Shown: piece after piece, positions 39,703 to 49,966 of the stretch
Numbering within the stretch: position 1 is the first letter of the stretch
Layout of the letters: the number at the start of each line of letters is the position of its first letter
Origin: an uncultured delta proteobacterium
Lineage (GTDB): Bacteria; Desulfobacterota; Syntrophia; Syntrophales; UBA4778
Direction: 5' to 3'
DNA length: 64,000 nucleotides
NCBI GenBank assembly: GCA_963784735.1
Contig: CAWASK010000013.1
Location: 6,584 to 70,583, forward strand
Program-made: the position numbers and the translations under genes
Notes under the pieces: model-generated
What the model was told of the DNA's origin: nothing
Database searches by the model: none
Seen by the model: the letters and a program-made list of their open reading frames with translations, nothing else

Positions 39703-39899
39703 TTATAGATAGGGAATGAGCCTTTTGATTCGAGCTTCGTCGCTTTGTCCACGTAAGCCGGCTCATGCAGCTTTCTTTTTGTCTTGGCTGATTTGCTGGT
39801 CAGGATATGACTCGTATAGGCCTTTTTCCTTTTTACCCTTCCTTTTCCGGTAAGGGAAAACCTCTTTGCGGCTCCCCTGTGAGTTTTTAATTTCGGCAT
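39703..39899 (-). CDS. rpmI: 50S ribosomal protein L35; one apparent frameshift near the 3-prime end
   Basis: [37 protein letters not shown]. The expected C-terminus RLIPYL-stop is in a different frame. Confidence 0.85.
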
Positions 39900-39947
39900 A
39901 TCATTTTCTCCTCGCTTGTTTATATTAATAATATCGTGCATTCAAAT

Positions 39948-40458
39948 CTATTTCTTGGGCGTCAAGATCATGACCATGTTGCTGCCTTCTACGCGGGGCT
40001 GCTGGTCGACACTGCTTACCGGCTCAAGCTCTTTTTTTATTTCCTCCATCACGGCCCTGCCAAGATCCGTGTAGACGATTTCCCTGCCCCTGAACATCAT
40101 CGTAACTTTAACTTTATTGTTCTGCTCGAGAAATTTTTTTATATGCTTGATCTTGGTCTGCAGATCGTGCTCTTCCGTCCTTGGCCTTAGCCTGATTTCC
40201 TTCAACTGGACTGAAACCGGGTGTTTTTTCGCCACCTGCATTTTTTTGCTCTGCTGATAGCGGAATTTCCCGTAATCCATAATCCGGCAGACGGGGGGAC
40301 TGGAATTCGGCGCCACTTCGACCAGGTCGAGCCCGGCTTTCAGAGCCTCTTTGACGGCATCCTGCACGTTCAGAACTCCCAGCTGTTTTCCTTCCGCGTC
40401 GATGACCCTGACGGTTGCGGACCTGGATCTCATTATTGATTCTCAGATTTTTCTCGAT
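39948..40458 (-). CDS. infC: translation initiation factor IF-3; probable ATC start and one apparent frameshift
   Basis: ORF 39948..40433 has [25 protein letters not shown] and [12 protein letters not shown]. The N-terminal [11 protein letters not shown] lies in another frame after GGGAGGTGG, and no in-frame ATG precedes that N-terminal block. Confidence 0.8.
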
Positions 40459-40502
40459 TACCCACCTCCCATGGGTTTCAGTTGTTCGTTGTTCCTGAAC
40501 AG

Positions 40503-42422
40503 CTATTCGTAAAGCCTGGTCTTTTCCGTTGATCAGACCAATGAATTGATCAGGGTCCATCATTCCAAGATTTTGGCCGTCTCTCTGGCGGGGAGAAACA
40601 CTGCCGGTTTCCACTTCTTTGTCGCCGATGACGAGCATATACGGGATTTTCTGATTCTGGGCTTCCCTTATTTTGTATCCCAGCTTTTCGTTACGGAAAT
40701 CTTTTTCCACCCTTATTCCCGCATCGAGCAGCTTCCTGTAAACCTTCTCCCCATACTCGATGTGGTTCTCGGTAACTGTCAACACCGTGGCCTGGACCGG
40801 AGAGAGCCACACCGGGAATGCCCCCGCGTGATGCTCAATAAGCACGCCCATGAACCTTTCAATCGCACCCAGGATGACCCTGTGGAGCATAACGGGACGG
40901 TGCTTCTCGCCGTCCGCACCGATGTAAGTAAGGTCAAACCTTTCCGGCAGCGTGAAATCGCACTGGATCGTGGCGCATTGCCATTTCCTTTTCAGCGCGT
41001 CCTTGAGCTTGAAATCGATTTTCGGTCCGTAAAACGCGCCGTCGCCCTCGTTGATGTCATAAATCATCTTGTTGTCTTTCAGTGACTGCTCCAGGGCAAA
41101 AGTGGCCCTCTCCCAGTCTTCATCGGACCCGATGGATTTGGCGGGCCGGGTGCTCAATTCCACCTCGTATTCAAATCCGAATATCTTCATCGCGTAAGCG
41201 ACGAAATCGGCAATGGCCCTGATCTCCGAATTGAGCTGCTCGGGGGTGCAAAGTATATGGGCGTCATCCTGGGTAAACTGCCGGGCGCGCAGCAGCCCGT
41301 GAAGAACGCCGGTCTTTTCGTGCCGGTGGACGGTCCCGAGCTCAAAATACCTCAGCGGCAGGTCCCGGTAACTGCGGATTTTTGACTTGTAGATCATCAT
41401 GTGGGAGAGGCAGTTCATCGGTTTGATGCCGTAAACCTGGTCTTCCACCTCGGTGAAGTACATCATGTCCCGGTAATTGTCGAAATGCCCCGACTTCTTC
41501 CACAGGTCACCCCTCAGGATTTGAGGGCCCTGCACGATATCGTAACCGCGCTTCAGGTGCTCTTTTCTTTCCCAGTCCTCGATAATTGTGCGGAGCATTG
41601 CCCCTTTGGGATGAAAGATGATCAGGCCCGGGCCTACTTCGTCATTCACCTGGAAGAGGTCAAGCTCTTTCCCGAGGCGCCTGTGGTCGCGCCTCTTTGC
41701 CTCTTCGATCAACGTCAGGTAATCGTCCAGCTCCTTCTGGGTGGCGAAACCGGTGCCGTAGATGCGCTGGAGCATCCTGTTTTTCTCATCACCGCGCCAG
41801 TACGCGCCGGCAACGCTGGTCAGCTTGAATGCCTTTATCATGCCGGTCGAGGGGATATGGGGCCCGCGGCACAGATCCACGTATTCTCCCTGGGTGTAGA
41901 GGCTGACAGTCTTGACATCTTCCGGCAGGTCCTCGATAAGTTCGACTTTATAAGATTCCCCCTTGTCCCTGAAGACGGAGATGGCCTTTTCCCGGGAGAC
42001 TTCTTCGCGCACGAAGGGGAGATCCCCGGCAACAATTTCTTTCATCCTGTGTTTCTATTCTTCCCAGGTCTTCGGGGGTGAAAGTCTTGTCATAATCAAA
42101 ATCATAGTAGAAACCGTCCTCAATGGAAGGGCCGATGCTTACTTTGACATTTTCAAACGTCATCCTGAACGGCCTGGGCCATGACATGCGAGATGCTGTG
42201 CCGCAGGATGGACAGCCCCTCTCTGGAGCGGATATCAATCAATTCAAGAGCATGCGTCGCTGTCAACAGACCGGCTCAAATCAAGCAGATCGCCGTTGAC
42301 CCTGGCCGCACCGTCGTCGGGAGCAGGTCCTTTTTCCAGGAGGCGATAATGTCCTCTATTTCCGTACCCGATGCGCGCACCAGAACGGACCCATCCGGCA
42401 TGCTTATTCTGATTTCACCCAT
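40503..42422 (-). CDS. thrS: threonine-tRNA ligase; at least three apparent frameshifts (3-prime end approximate)
   Basis: N-terminal TGS-like [25 protein letters not shown], class II motifs [26 protein letters not shown] and [10 protein letters not shown], and the anticodon domain PVQATVLTV. No in-frame stop occurs before infC in the main frame. Confidence 0.9.
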
Positions 42423-42451
42423 GTTTTAAACCTTCGCGAATCAGGCGTCCC

Positions 42452-42483
42452 GATTAAAGAAAGGGCATCAATGGAAGATGCCC
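42452..42483 (-). terminator. rho-independent terminator after tRNA-Val
   Basis: The minus strand reads GGGCATC-ttccatt-GATGCCC followed by TTTCTTTAAT. Confidence 0.5.
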
Positions 42484-42504
42484 TCTCCGTTCCTGCTAAT
42501 TAAA

Positions 42505-42579
42505 TGGTAGGCACGCAGGGATTTGAACCCTGGACATCCACCGCGTCAGGATGGCGCTCTCCCCCTGAGCTACGTGCCT
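42505..42579 (-). tRNA. tRNA-Val (anticodon GAC), CCA encoded
   Basis: Manual cloverleaf. Acceptor AGGCACG/CGTGCCT, D arm GCTC-AGGGGGA-GAGC, anticodon arm CCATC-CTGACGC-GGTGG, T arm CAGGG-TTCAAAT-CCCTG, discriminator A, CCA. Total 75 nt. Confidence 0.9.
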
Positions 42580-42645
42580 ACATAATCTCTTCAAGAGCGA
42601 GGAAAGGTATCAAATAAACCCCGCAATGTCAAGCGAAAATGAACA

Positions 42646-43207
42646 TCAGGCCCGGCTGGAGTCACTGTTTATATACCTGATACCCCTGAACAAATAACCC
42701 AGACCGGAGACAATTGTCAACAGGCGCTGTCAGCCAAAAGACAGCTGAACTCCGATATCCCCGTCAACATGAAGTGGAAATGGGAAAGAACAGGACCAGG
42801 AAAATGGCAAGCAGCTGAAAAGCCGTTGTTATTTTACTTACCAGGGTCGGGCGCACTTCAAAGGGAATGGAAAGAAGCGTCAGGACCGAAATTCCCAGAA
42901 GGATAATGAAATCACGACTGATCACTATAACCGTAAGCCAGGCCGGAATGCTTCCCATCACCGAAGGGTTATAAAAGAACTGGAAATCAGGGTCTTATCC
43001 GCAAGCGGGTCAAGATATGACCCCAGCACGGATTTTTGCTTCAAAATCCGGGCAAAAAAACCGTCCAAACCATCAGTTATCCCAGCTATCATAAACAGCA
43101 AAAGGCGCATTGAAATGCTGCCCCTGAATCAGGCAAATAATTATGATGGGCACAAGGATAATTCTGAGAACCGTTACAGTGTTCGGAACATTGGGCATTG
43201 TGTTCAT
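42646..43207 (-). CDS. pgsA: CDP-diacylglycerol-glycerol-3-phosphate 3-phosphatidyltransferase; at least three apparent frameshifts
   Basis: [13 protein letters not shown], then in shifted frames [31 protein letters not shown] (the CDP-alcohol phosphatidyltransferase motif) and [12 protein letters not shown] at the C-terminus. Confidence 0.75.
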
Positions 43208-43240
43208 TTATAATCAAGCACGCTGTTTACTTGAAGACGA

Positions 43241-44052
43241 TCAAGCCAGCTCTTTTCTGGGCTTTTTCGGCGAGTTCTCGGCCTCCCGGTCACGCTCTTG
43301 ATTCCAGTCTACCCATTCATCCCTGTCTTCCGTCGCTGTGAAGGATTCTGGTTTTGAGGGAAAACCGGTGCTACTGACCCGAATCTGCTGCATCGATTTG
43401 ATTATATATACCCATTGGTCCATGGATGACTTTATGGGTCCCTGGACCGGGTTGGGACCGATGACTTTCTGAGGCTGTCCCAGCACAGGGGTTTTCGTCT
43501 CCTGGCATCTTGTTGCTGCTTTCCTTTGCCTCCCTCGACCTTTACTTCGCCATCATAGACCCTGACCAGGACGGACTGGTCCTGGTCGACATTCATCCTG
43601 TAGACAGTGCCCCTGACACCGGCGACGGCGTTATCGAACTGGTAACATCAATATTGGGATTGATCTTCAGGCCCTTATTCACATTAGCCCATGTCTTTCC
43701 CAGGGCAACATTTATTTTGGCATTCCTGGTGCCCGCGGACCTTTCATCCATGTCGATGGCAATGATTTTGAAACCGTGGTGTTTTCCGCAAATCTCAGGA
43801 TGGAGCCGTCCGGCAATGTTATTTCCATCTTGGTGTTTGGTCCGGTTTCCACCTGGTCGCCTCCTTTAAGCATCTGCCCGGACTTCAAATTTGCCCAAGT
43901 GCCGCCCTTGGTCTGACCACTTGGCCGTGCCTTTGAGCGTCGGTAATCTTGCATTCGCCCTTTCCCATATTAACTGGGACAATCCGCTTTGCCTCGGCTA
44001 TTCCGCAGAAAAGGAACAGAAATGCAAACGCGGATGAAGATGACTTTTTCAT
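43241..44052 (-). CDS. FecR-domain protein with signal peptide; many apparent frameshifts
   Basis: [21 protein letters not shown], then [30 protein letters not shown] and [28 protein letters not shown] in shifted frames. The ATG overlaps the stop of the upstream lipoprotein gene. Confidence 0.5.
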
Positions 44053-44682
44053 TCAGTTCCTAGAACCATTCCCAGATGTATGTTTCTCAGGCGCTTCCCT
44101 ATGAATTCGGGGCCGTCCGGCAAAGTCTTCAAAACGGCTTGGGCAATCTCCTGAAGGGCCGGCTCCAACTCCTGGCAGGACTTCATCTGCAGCCTTTCTT
44201 GGTGAAATCGTAATTGGCTATGGACACCTTATGCCCTTTTTTCAGCAGGGTTTCGCCGGTCCTGGCGTTAACAAGGATCAGGGCAGCCGACACGGTTGTG
44301 GAAGCCCGGACCATCCGGTAAGATGTTTTCACCTCTTCCAAAACGGGGTACAAAACCGCGTCAACACCAATAGATTCGCCGGCGGTCTTGGGAGACAATT
44401 CTTTAGCCTGCTTTCCCGGGGGCATCTTATTGTCGATAAAGGTAAAGGGGACTTTGGGGTAGCCCTTCATATAAAGTTCGTTGGCGACGGCTTCGCGGAA
44501 ATAAGAAGCAACCACCTTGTCATCGGTCTTATTTTCCACCGGCATCACCGCGATGGTCCTGACACCCGCCTTTTCGGGCCCCGGCGGAGCAGCAGCGGGT
44601 TGGACTTTCTTGGAACAGCCCCCCGCCGCAAGAAGCGCAAACAGGAAAAACAAAGTAAATACAACTGTTTTTTTGAACCCAT
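44049..44682 (-). CDS. DUF799/GNA1162-like lipoprotein; two apparent frameshifts (one in the A7 run after the start)
   Basis: Lipobox LLAAGGCS, then IAVMPVENKTDDKVVASYFREAVANELYMKGYPKVP. The C-terminal QEIAQAVLKTLPDGPEF is in another frame. Confidence 0.5.
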
Positions 44683-44698
44683 CAAAAGGCGGATCTCC

Positions 44699-44961
44699 TT
44701 AGCTTTTCTTAAGTTTTTCAATTTCCTCCCTTATCACCCTTTCCGCAATTTCAGGCACCAGTTCCCTCGCCACCCGATCTGCGGTTTCGGCCATTATTTT
44801 CCGGATTTCGTCCCCGGGAAACCTGCGTATCTTCTTCTTATTTCGCACAGAAGTTCGAAAACGGGATCGCCCTTTTTTATAATCCTGCCGTCAATCCTAA
44901 CCTCCGATTCGGAATAGGTCTTCCTGTAAGAAGCTGATTCCGGCTCTTTTTGAAAGGGCAT
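44699..44961 (-). CDS. hypothetical protein; one apparent frameshift
   Basis: MPFQKEPESASYRKTYSESEVRIDGRIIKKGDPVFELL, then IMAETADRVARELVPEIAERVIREEIEKLKKS in another frame. No recognised domain. Confidence 0.3.
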
Positions 44962-45059
44962 CCAAAAAACCTCCGGGATGAAAAAGTGAAAATTGACTAC
45001 CATACCTGAAGAACATAGTTCAAGAATTTTCGCCCTTTAAGCTCCCGTACGGCAAATTG

Positions 45060-45908
45060 CTATTCCAGGGATGTTATCAGGCTGTAAACCCTCTTTTTGG
45101 GCATTCCTGTTTTTTCTGCTATGGAAATGACTATATCGCGGGTGGACATCGAGCTGTTTTTTGCCAACTCGTAGTATAAACTCAATATATCGCTTTCTGA
45201 ATATTCCGGCTCGTCTTCTTCCGCCCCTCCCAGGATGACGGTCACCTCGCCTTTGATCTCCCCGAAAGCCTTGAGCCGTTCCAGGACCCCCTTCAGGTCC
45301 CCTCTTAACATCTCTTCGTGGACCTTGGTCAGCTCACGGCCGACCACAATCTTTCTATTTCCAATGATTTCAAACATCTCGGATAGTAAAGCAATGACCC
45401 TCCTGGGTGATTCGTAAATGACGGCCGTCCTGGTTTCGTGCCGCAAGGATTCAAAATACTTCCGGCGTTTGGATACCTGGGAGGGGGGGAAGCCCAAAAA
45501 AACGAAGGCATTCATCGGCAGTCCGGATGCGCTCAGGGCAGCCACCACTGCCGAAGGACCGGGGATGGGGACCACATCTATACCTTTCTCAATGGCGGAA
45601 TTGATGAGCACATAGCCCGGGTCCGAGATCCCCGGGGTGCCCGCCTCGGAAACATAAGCAACATTTTTTCCTTCCAGCAGGCGGGATATGAGGAGCGAGC
45701 TCTTTTGCCTTTCCACCTGGTCGTAGAGGCTGACAAGCGGCCTGTGTATGTCGTAGGCGCTCAGCAGCTTCCTCGTTTTCCTGGTGTCTTCAGCGGCTAT
45801 GAGGTCCGCCTCCCGGAGCACCCTGAGGGCCCTTAAGGTTATATCCTCAAGGTTGCCGATCGGTGTCGCCACTATGAAAAGCGCTCCGGGATGTTCTTTC
45901 TTAATCAT
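45060..45908 (-). CDS. rsmI: 16S rRNA (cytidine1402-2'-O)-methyltransferase
   Basis: 282 aa starting GALFIVATPIGNLEDITLRALRVLREADLIAAEDTR, with a tetrapyrrole-methylase fold and GTPGISDPG. Confidence 0.9.
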   Translation of the reverse strand: MIKKEHPGALFIVATPIGNLEDITLRALRVLREADLIAAEDTRKTRKLLSAYDIHRPLVSLYDQVERQKSSLLISRLLEGKNVAYVSEAGTPGISDPGYVLINSAIEKGIDVVPIPGPSAVVAALSASGLPMNAFVFLGFPPSQVSKRRKYFESLRHETRTAVIYESPRRVIALLSEMFEIIGNRKIVVGRELTKVHEEMLRGDLKGVLERLKAFGEIKGEVTVILGGAEEDEPEYSESDILSLYYELAKNSSMSTRDIVISIAEKTGMPKKRVYSLITSLE

Positions 45909-46312
45909 GATGCGGCAAGCTCAAAAGCGTTCTTGAAGAGCACGATGTCCGCGGGCCCGTTGGCATTGATTCCAACCGCAACCACATCAAACCGGGCGGG
46001 CTTGTCCAGGCTGTGTTTGCTCACCAGGTAACTCAGGGCTACCCTGGAGAGCTTCCACCTCTTTTTCCAGTTCACAGCCTCCTCGGGCCTGCCGAACCTG
46101 TCCGTAAGTTTACTTTTTACCTCGACAAAGACAATCGTCTGCCCGTCCAGCGCGACAATATCGATTTCTCCCAGAGGGCACCTGTAATTCCTTTCGAGGA
46201 TCCTGTATTTTTTCTGCCGGAGGTAATCGGCGGCAATGTCCTCGCCGATTTTCCCCCATGCCGTTCTGCTTTTTGAGTTATCCAGGATTTTCCTCCGCCA
46301 GGCCCTCTGCAA
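45905..46312 (-). CDS. YraN family endonuclease-like protein (UPF0102)
   Basis: GEDIAADYLRQKKYRILERNYRCPLGEIDIVALDGQTIVFVEVK is the family signature. Confidence 0.8.
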   Translation of the reverse strand: MQRAWRRKILDNSKSRTAWGKIGEDIAADYLRQKKYRILERNYRCPLGEIDIVALDGQTIVFVEVKSKLTDRFGRPEEAVNWKKRWKLSRVALSYLVSKHSLDKPARFDVVAVGINANGPADIVLFKNAFELAAS

Positions 46313-46925
46313 GGAACAGGGGCAGGCCTTCCGTCGCTGCTCTCACAGGCCGGAAAGAGCGCCTGTGGATCTTGCAGCAGCCGAATTCGAGAATTGCCTT
46401 GCGGTGGTCGGCCGTAGCATAACCCTTGTTGTCGCAGAATTTATACTGGGGAAATTGCCGGTGGTATATATCCATGATGCGGTCGCGGGAAACCTTGGCT
46501 ATTATGGATGCCGATGCGACAGATATGCTCAGGGAGTCTCCCCCGACGAGCGCCTCCTGGTCAAGGTCCACGGCTATTTTGAAATTCCCGTCTATGATCA
46601 GGTAGTCGGGGGGAAACGTAAGGTTGTCGACAGCCTCTTTCATGGCCAGCAGGGAGGCGTTATGGATATTGATCCTGTCGATTATGGACGGCTCGACCAC
46701 CCCCAGGCCAACCGATATGGCTTCGGCCTTGATCTCCTTGAATAATTTTTCTCTTTTTTTGGGGGAAAGCTGTTTGGAATCCTTGATATCGCCGTTCCTG
46801 TAATCCCTGGGGAGGATCACAGCAGCTGCAACAACCGGTCCGGCAAGAGGCCCTCGGCCGACTTCATCCAAACCGGCGATTGCTTTATAACCGCGCCCGT
46901 ACGCATTCTGCTCATATTCATCCAT
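46278..46925 (-). CDS. rnhB: ribonuclease HII
   Basis: IAGLDEVGRGPLAGPVVAAAVIL, DSKQLSPKKRE and ASIIAKVSRD. Confidence 0.9.
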   Translation of the reverse strand: MDEYEQNAYGRGYKAIAGLDEVGRGPLAGPVVAAAVILPRDYRNGDIKDSKQLSPKKREKLFKEIKAEAISVGLGVVEPSIIDRINIHNASLLAMKEAVDNLTFPPDYLIIDGNFKIAVDLDQEALVGGDSLSISVASASIIAKVSRDRIMDIYHRQFPQYKFCDNKGYATADHRKAILEFGCCKIHRRSFRPVRAATEGLPLFLAEGLAEENPG

Positions 46926-46997
46926 GCGGAGGGCTTTCCGGGACCTGGATTAAAGGAGAATATATTCAGCCGCACAGGGCGGCTGATTCCATTGACA

Positions 46998-47345
46998 TTA
47001 CCTGCGTGTTGCGTCTTTGATTTTCGCCTTCTTGCCTTTCCTGCTCCTGAGGTAGTAAAGCTTGGAGCGCCTTACCTTGCCGCGGGATGCTACTTCGATC
47101 CTGTCAATGCTCGGCGAGTGAAGGGGGAAAGTCCTCTCAACGCCTATCCCGTAGGAAATTTTCCTTACCGTGAAGGTTGTCCTGCTGTTTCCCTTGCGTT
47201 TCCTGATCACAACTCCCTCAAAGAGCTGGATCCTTTCCTTCTGCCCCTCTACAATTTTGACATAGACCTTTATGGAATCCCCCGATTTGAAGCCGGGTAT
47301 ATCCCCTCTCATCTGTTCTTTTTCGAGCATATCCAAAACGTTCAT
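46998..47345 (-). CDS. rplS: 50S ribosomal protein L19
   Basis: [47 protein letters not shown]. Confidence 0.95.
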   Translation of the reverse strand: MNVLDMLEKEQMRGDIPGFKSGDSIKVYVKIVEGQKERIQLFEGVVIRKRKGNSRTTFTVRKISYGIGVERTFPLHSPSIDRIEVASRGKVRRSKLYYLRSRKGKKAKIKDATRR

Positions 47346-47475
47346 TTCTCTTCCTCCATGAAAACAGACTTGCTCCGTAATCTTTATTCCGGGCAAGAAA
47401 GAAAGCCTTGGCCAATTCCCAAGACGGAAATTGGGAATATAAAGGCTGGTGGATTCCCTGTCAAGAAAATTCAGG

Positions 47476-48042
47476 CTATCCGGGGCGATTTATTCCCATC
47501 AGCCTGTCCAGCGTTATCGAAACCGCCGACCGGACAGACAAATGATTGTATTGCGAAGGGCCGGCAAGGGGCTCAAGGCGGTAATCGGCGCGCTCGACTA
47601 TTTCTTTGGCGATGCCCCACCCGGTCCCGAACAGGACGAGGAAGGGCACCTTACCGCATCCCAGCCGCTCCCTGAATGCCCCCCATGGTGTGAGGCCGGA
47701 ATCGATTGATGCCCCCGTTACCGCGATTTCAGGCCTGTCCCCGGCATCTTTTTCCACTTCGGCAACGACCTCCGCCAGCGAATCCGCAAGCCTTACAGTC
47801 TTAAATGCCTCTCTCCTGGCAGGGTTGCTTGATGCCCCGTACCCTTGCGTCCAATGCCTGATTAGTTCTGCAGCCAGCTCTTTCTGCTCCGGCATGGGGT
47901 TGACTATGTAAAAGAATTTTACACCGTACGTGGCCGCGGCCCTGGCTATATCATGAATGTCCATATTCGCAATAGCGGTGGTCACGATATCGCCGTGCCG
48001 GTTGTATACAGGGTGGTGCAAAACGGCGATATAGAGGCTCAT
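47476..48042 (-). CDS. SPOUT-like RNA methyltransferase-related protein encoded between trmD and rplS
   Basis: 188 aa starting [39 protein letters not shown], with [14 protein letters not shown] at the C-terminus. 4-nt overlap with trmD. Confidence 0.55.
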   Translation of the reverse strand: MSLYIAVLHHPVYNRHGDIVTTAIANMDIHDIARAAATYGVKFFYIVNPMPEQKELAAELIRHWTQGYGASSNPARREAFKTVRLADSLAEVVAEVEKDAGDRPEIAVTGASIDSGLTPWGAFRERLGCGKVPFLVLFGTGWGIAKEIVERADYRLEPLAGPSQYNHLSVRSAVSITLDRLMGINRPG

Positions 48043-48797
48043 TGCCGTCCTTCCTGCCCCTTCAACTTACCCAGGAAATCTCTGTCTTCATCGCTCAACT
48101 CGGCCTTTTCGAGCATGTCCGGGCGCCTCAGCCATGTCCTTTTCAGGGCTTCCCGGCGCCTCCAGGATTCGATCTGGGCATGGTGGCCCGAGAGCAATAT
48201 CTCCGGCACCTTCCAGCCGCGGAATTCCGCGGGCCTGGTGTATTGCGGATACTCCAACAGCCCCCTTTCCGAAGAGAACGAGTCGCCCGGCGCCGAAGAC
48301 TCGTTGCCCAGGACCCCCGAGAGAAGCCGTGAGACGGCATCAACCACGATCATGGCCGGCAGTTCCCCGCCGGTCAGGACGAAATCCCCTATTGAGATCT
48401 CCTTTTGAACGAGATTTTGCCGGACGCGCTCGTCAATGCCCTCGTAATGGCCGCAGACAATGACTATCCGGGACTTACCGGCCATATCCCTTGCCATCTG
48501 CTGATTGAACACTTCCCCCTGGGGCGTCATCAGGCAGACCAGGGCGTCCCCGAGAGGGCCCAGGGCGTCCAGGGCCCCGGCAATCGGCTCAACCTTCATT
48601 ACCATGCCGCTTCCGCCCCCATAAGGGTAGTCGTCCGCCATCTTGTGCCTGTCCAGGGCATAATCCCTGATATTGGTAATCCTGATGTCGATAAGGTTTT
48701 TTTCCCGGGCTTTTTTCAACAGGCTGGAGTTGAAAGGCGAATCGAACATTTCCGGGAAAAGCGTGAGGATATCAAAACGAAGGGTTTTCCCGCACAT
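48039..48797 (-). CDS. trmD: tRNA (guanine37-N1)-methyltransferase
   Basis: [39 protein letters not shown] and [15 protein letters not shown]. Confidence 0.95.
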   Translation of the reverse strand: MCGKTLRFDILTLFPEMFDSPFNSSLLKKAREKNLIDIRITNIRDYALDRHKMADDYPYGGGSGMVMKVEPIAGALDALGPLGDALVCLMTPQGEVFNQQMARDMAGKSRIVIVCGHYEGIDERVRQNLVQKEISIGDFVLTGGELPAMIVVDAVSRLLSGVLGNESSAPGDSFSSERGLLEYPQYTRPAEFRGWKVPEILLSGHHAQIESWRRREALKRTWLRRPDMLEKAELSDEDRDFLGKLKGQEGRQ

Positions 48798-48799
48798 GA

Positions 48800-49303
48800 T
48801 CAGAGGCCCTCGGGCACATTTGCGGTGATTTCGCCTTTTTCAAGGTCAATCTTTTTTATGACGCCTTCAATTGCGGGCAGCAGGATTTCCCTCTCCCCGC
48901 CCGAACAGACATAGACTTCGGCTCCTCCAGCCGGCAGGATCGCGGAAACATTTCCCAGGAACTCGCCTGCTTCAGTTACAACTTTTAATCCGATTATCTG
49001 GTGCCAGTAGTATTCGCCTTCGGGAAGCTCCCCGAGAAGGACGGCGGGAATAAAAATACCGGACCCGACCAGTTCTCCGGCCGAATCCGGGTCATTAATG
49101 CCTTCAAGTTCAAGGAAAAAGCTCTTGCGGGCCGGCTGGACCCTGTTTATACGGAACTTCCTGTCTGCGCGCCTGTCCTTCCGGATGATGACCTCACCCA
49201 ATCCCTCGAGGAGGTCTTCGGATTCAAGGTAAGAAACCGCCTTGACCCTTCCCTGCAAACCGTGCGTCTTGACGATTCTGCCGATTTCAACAAGGTCACT
49301 CAA
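48800..49303 (-). CDS. rimM: ribosome maturation factor RimM
   Basis: [40 protein letters not shown] and a PRC-barrel C-terminus. TTG start. Confidence 0.85.
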   Translation of the reverse strand: MSDLVEIGRIVKTHGLQGRVKAVSYLESEDLLEGLGEVIIRKDRRADRKFRINRVQPARKSFFLELEGINDPDSAGELVGSGIFIPAVLLGELPEGEYYWHQIIGLKVVTEAGEFLGNVSAILPAGGAEVYVCSGGEREILLPAIEGVIKKIDLEKGEITANVPEGL

Positions 49304-49525
49304 TTATCTCCAAAACCATCCTTTTTTGAACTTTAGCTGAGGCGGCGCTCAGAATTGTTCTCATGGCCTTCGCGGTTTTGCCCTGCTTGCCAATGACTTT
49401 CCCAGATCTTCCTTGGCAACCCTGAACTCTATGACGGAAGTCTGCTCTCCCTGGACTTCGGCCACATCAATCTGATCAGGGTGATCCACCAACGCCTGAG
49501 CAATAAACTTGATCAATTCTTTCAT
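49296..49525 (-). CDS. KH-domain RNA-binding protein (UPF0109); one apparent frameshift
   Basis: [43 protein letters not shown], then [16 protein letters not shown] in another frame. Confidence 0.75.
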
Positions 49526-49572
49526 ACTCACAACCTCCGCAGTGCTTAGTTGTAAGGCGCGTAAAGAATCAA

Positions 49573-49839
49573 TCAGGCTGGGTTTGGATTCGACTTTGCC
49601 GAGATTCCTTTTTTCTCGAGCAGGTGCGAAACGGTAAGAGTCGGTTTGGCGCCTTTGGACAGCCATTCGCGGACCCGGTCCTCCTTGAAAACTATCGAAG
49701 CCGGATCGGTCTTGGGATCATAATTGCCGACTATTTCAATGAACCGCCCGTCCCTGGGCGATTCCGAATTCGCTACAACAATCCTGTAAAACGGTTTCTT
49801 CTTGGCGCCCATCCGGGCCAGTCTGATTTTCAATGCCAT
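49573..49839 (-). CDS. rpsP: 30S ribosomal protein S16
   Basis: [42 protein letters not shown]. Confidence 0.95.
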   Translation of the reverse strand: MALKIRLARMGAKKKPFYRIVVANSESPRDGRFIEIVGNYDPKTDPASIVFKEDRVREWLSKGAKPTLTVSHLLEKKGISAKSNPNPA

Positions 49840-49966
49840 GCTTCTTTTCCCTTAGCCTCCTGAAATTGATAAATTAAGTATTGAATAAAAAAGCAATCCC
49901 AAAAAGACCTGAAAAATCATTGAGATTGCCGTCTGCGGTCCAACTTTCCCATTCTTTAGCCGAAAA

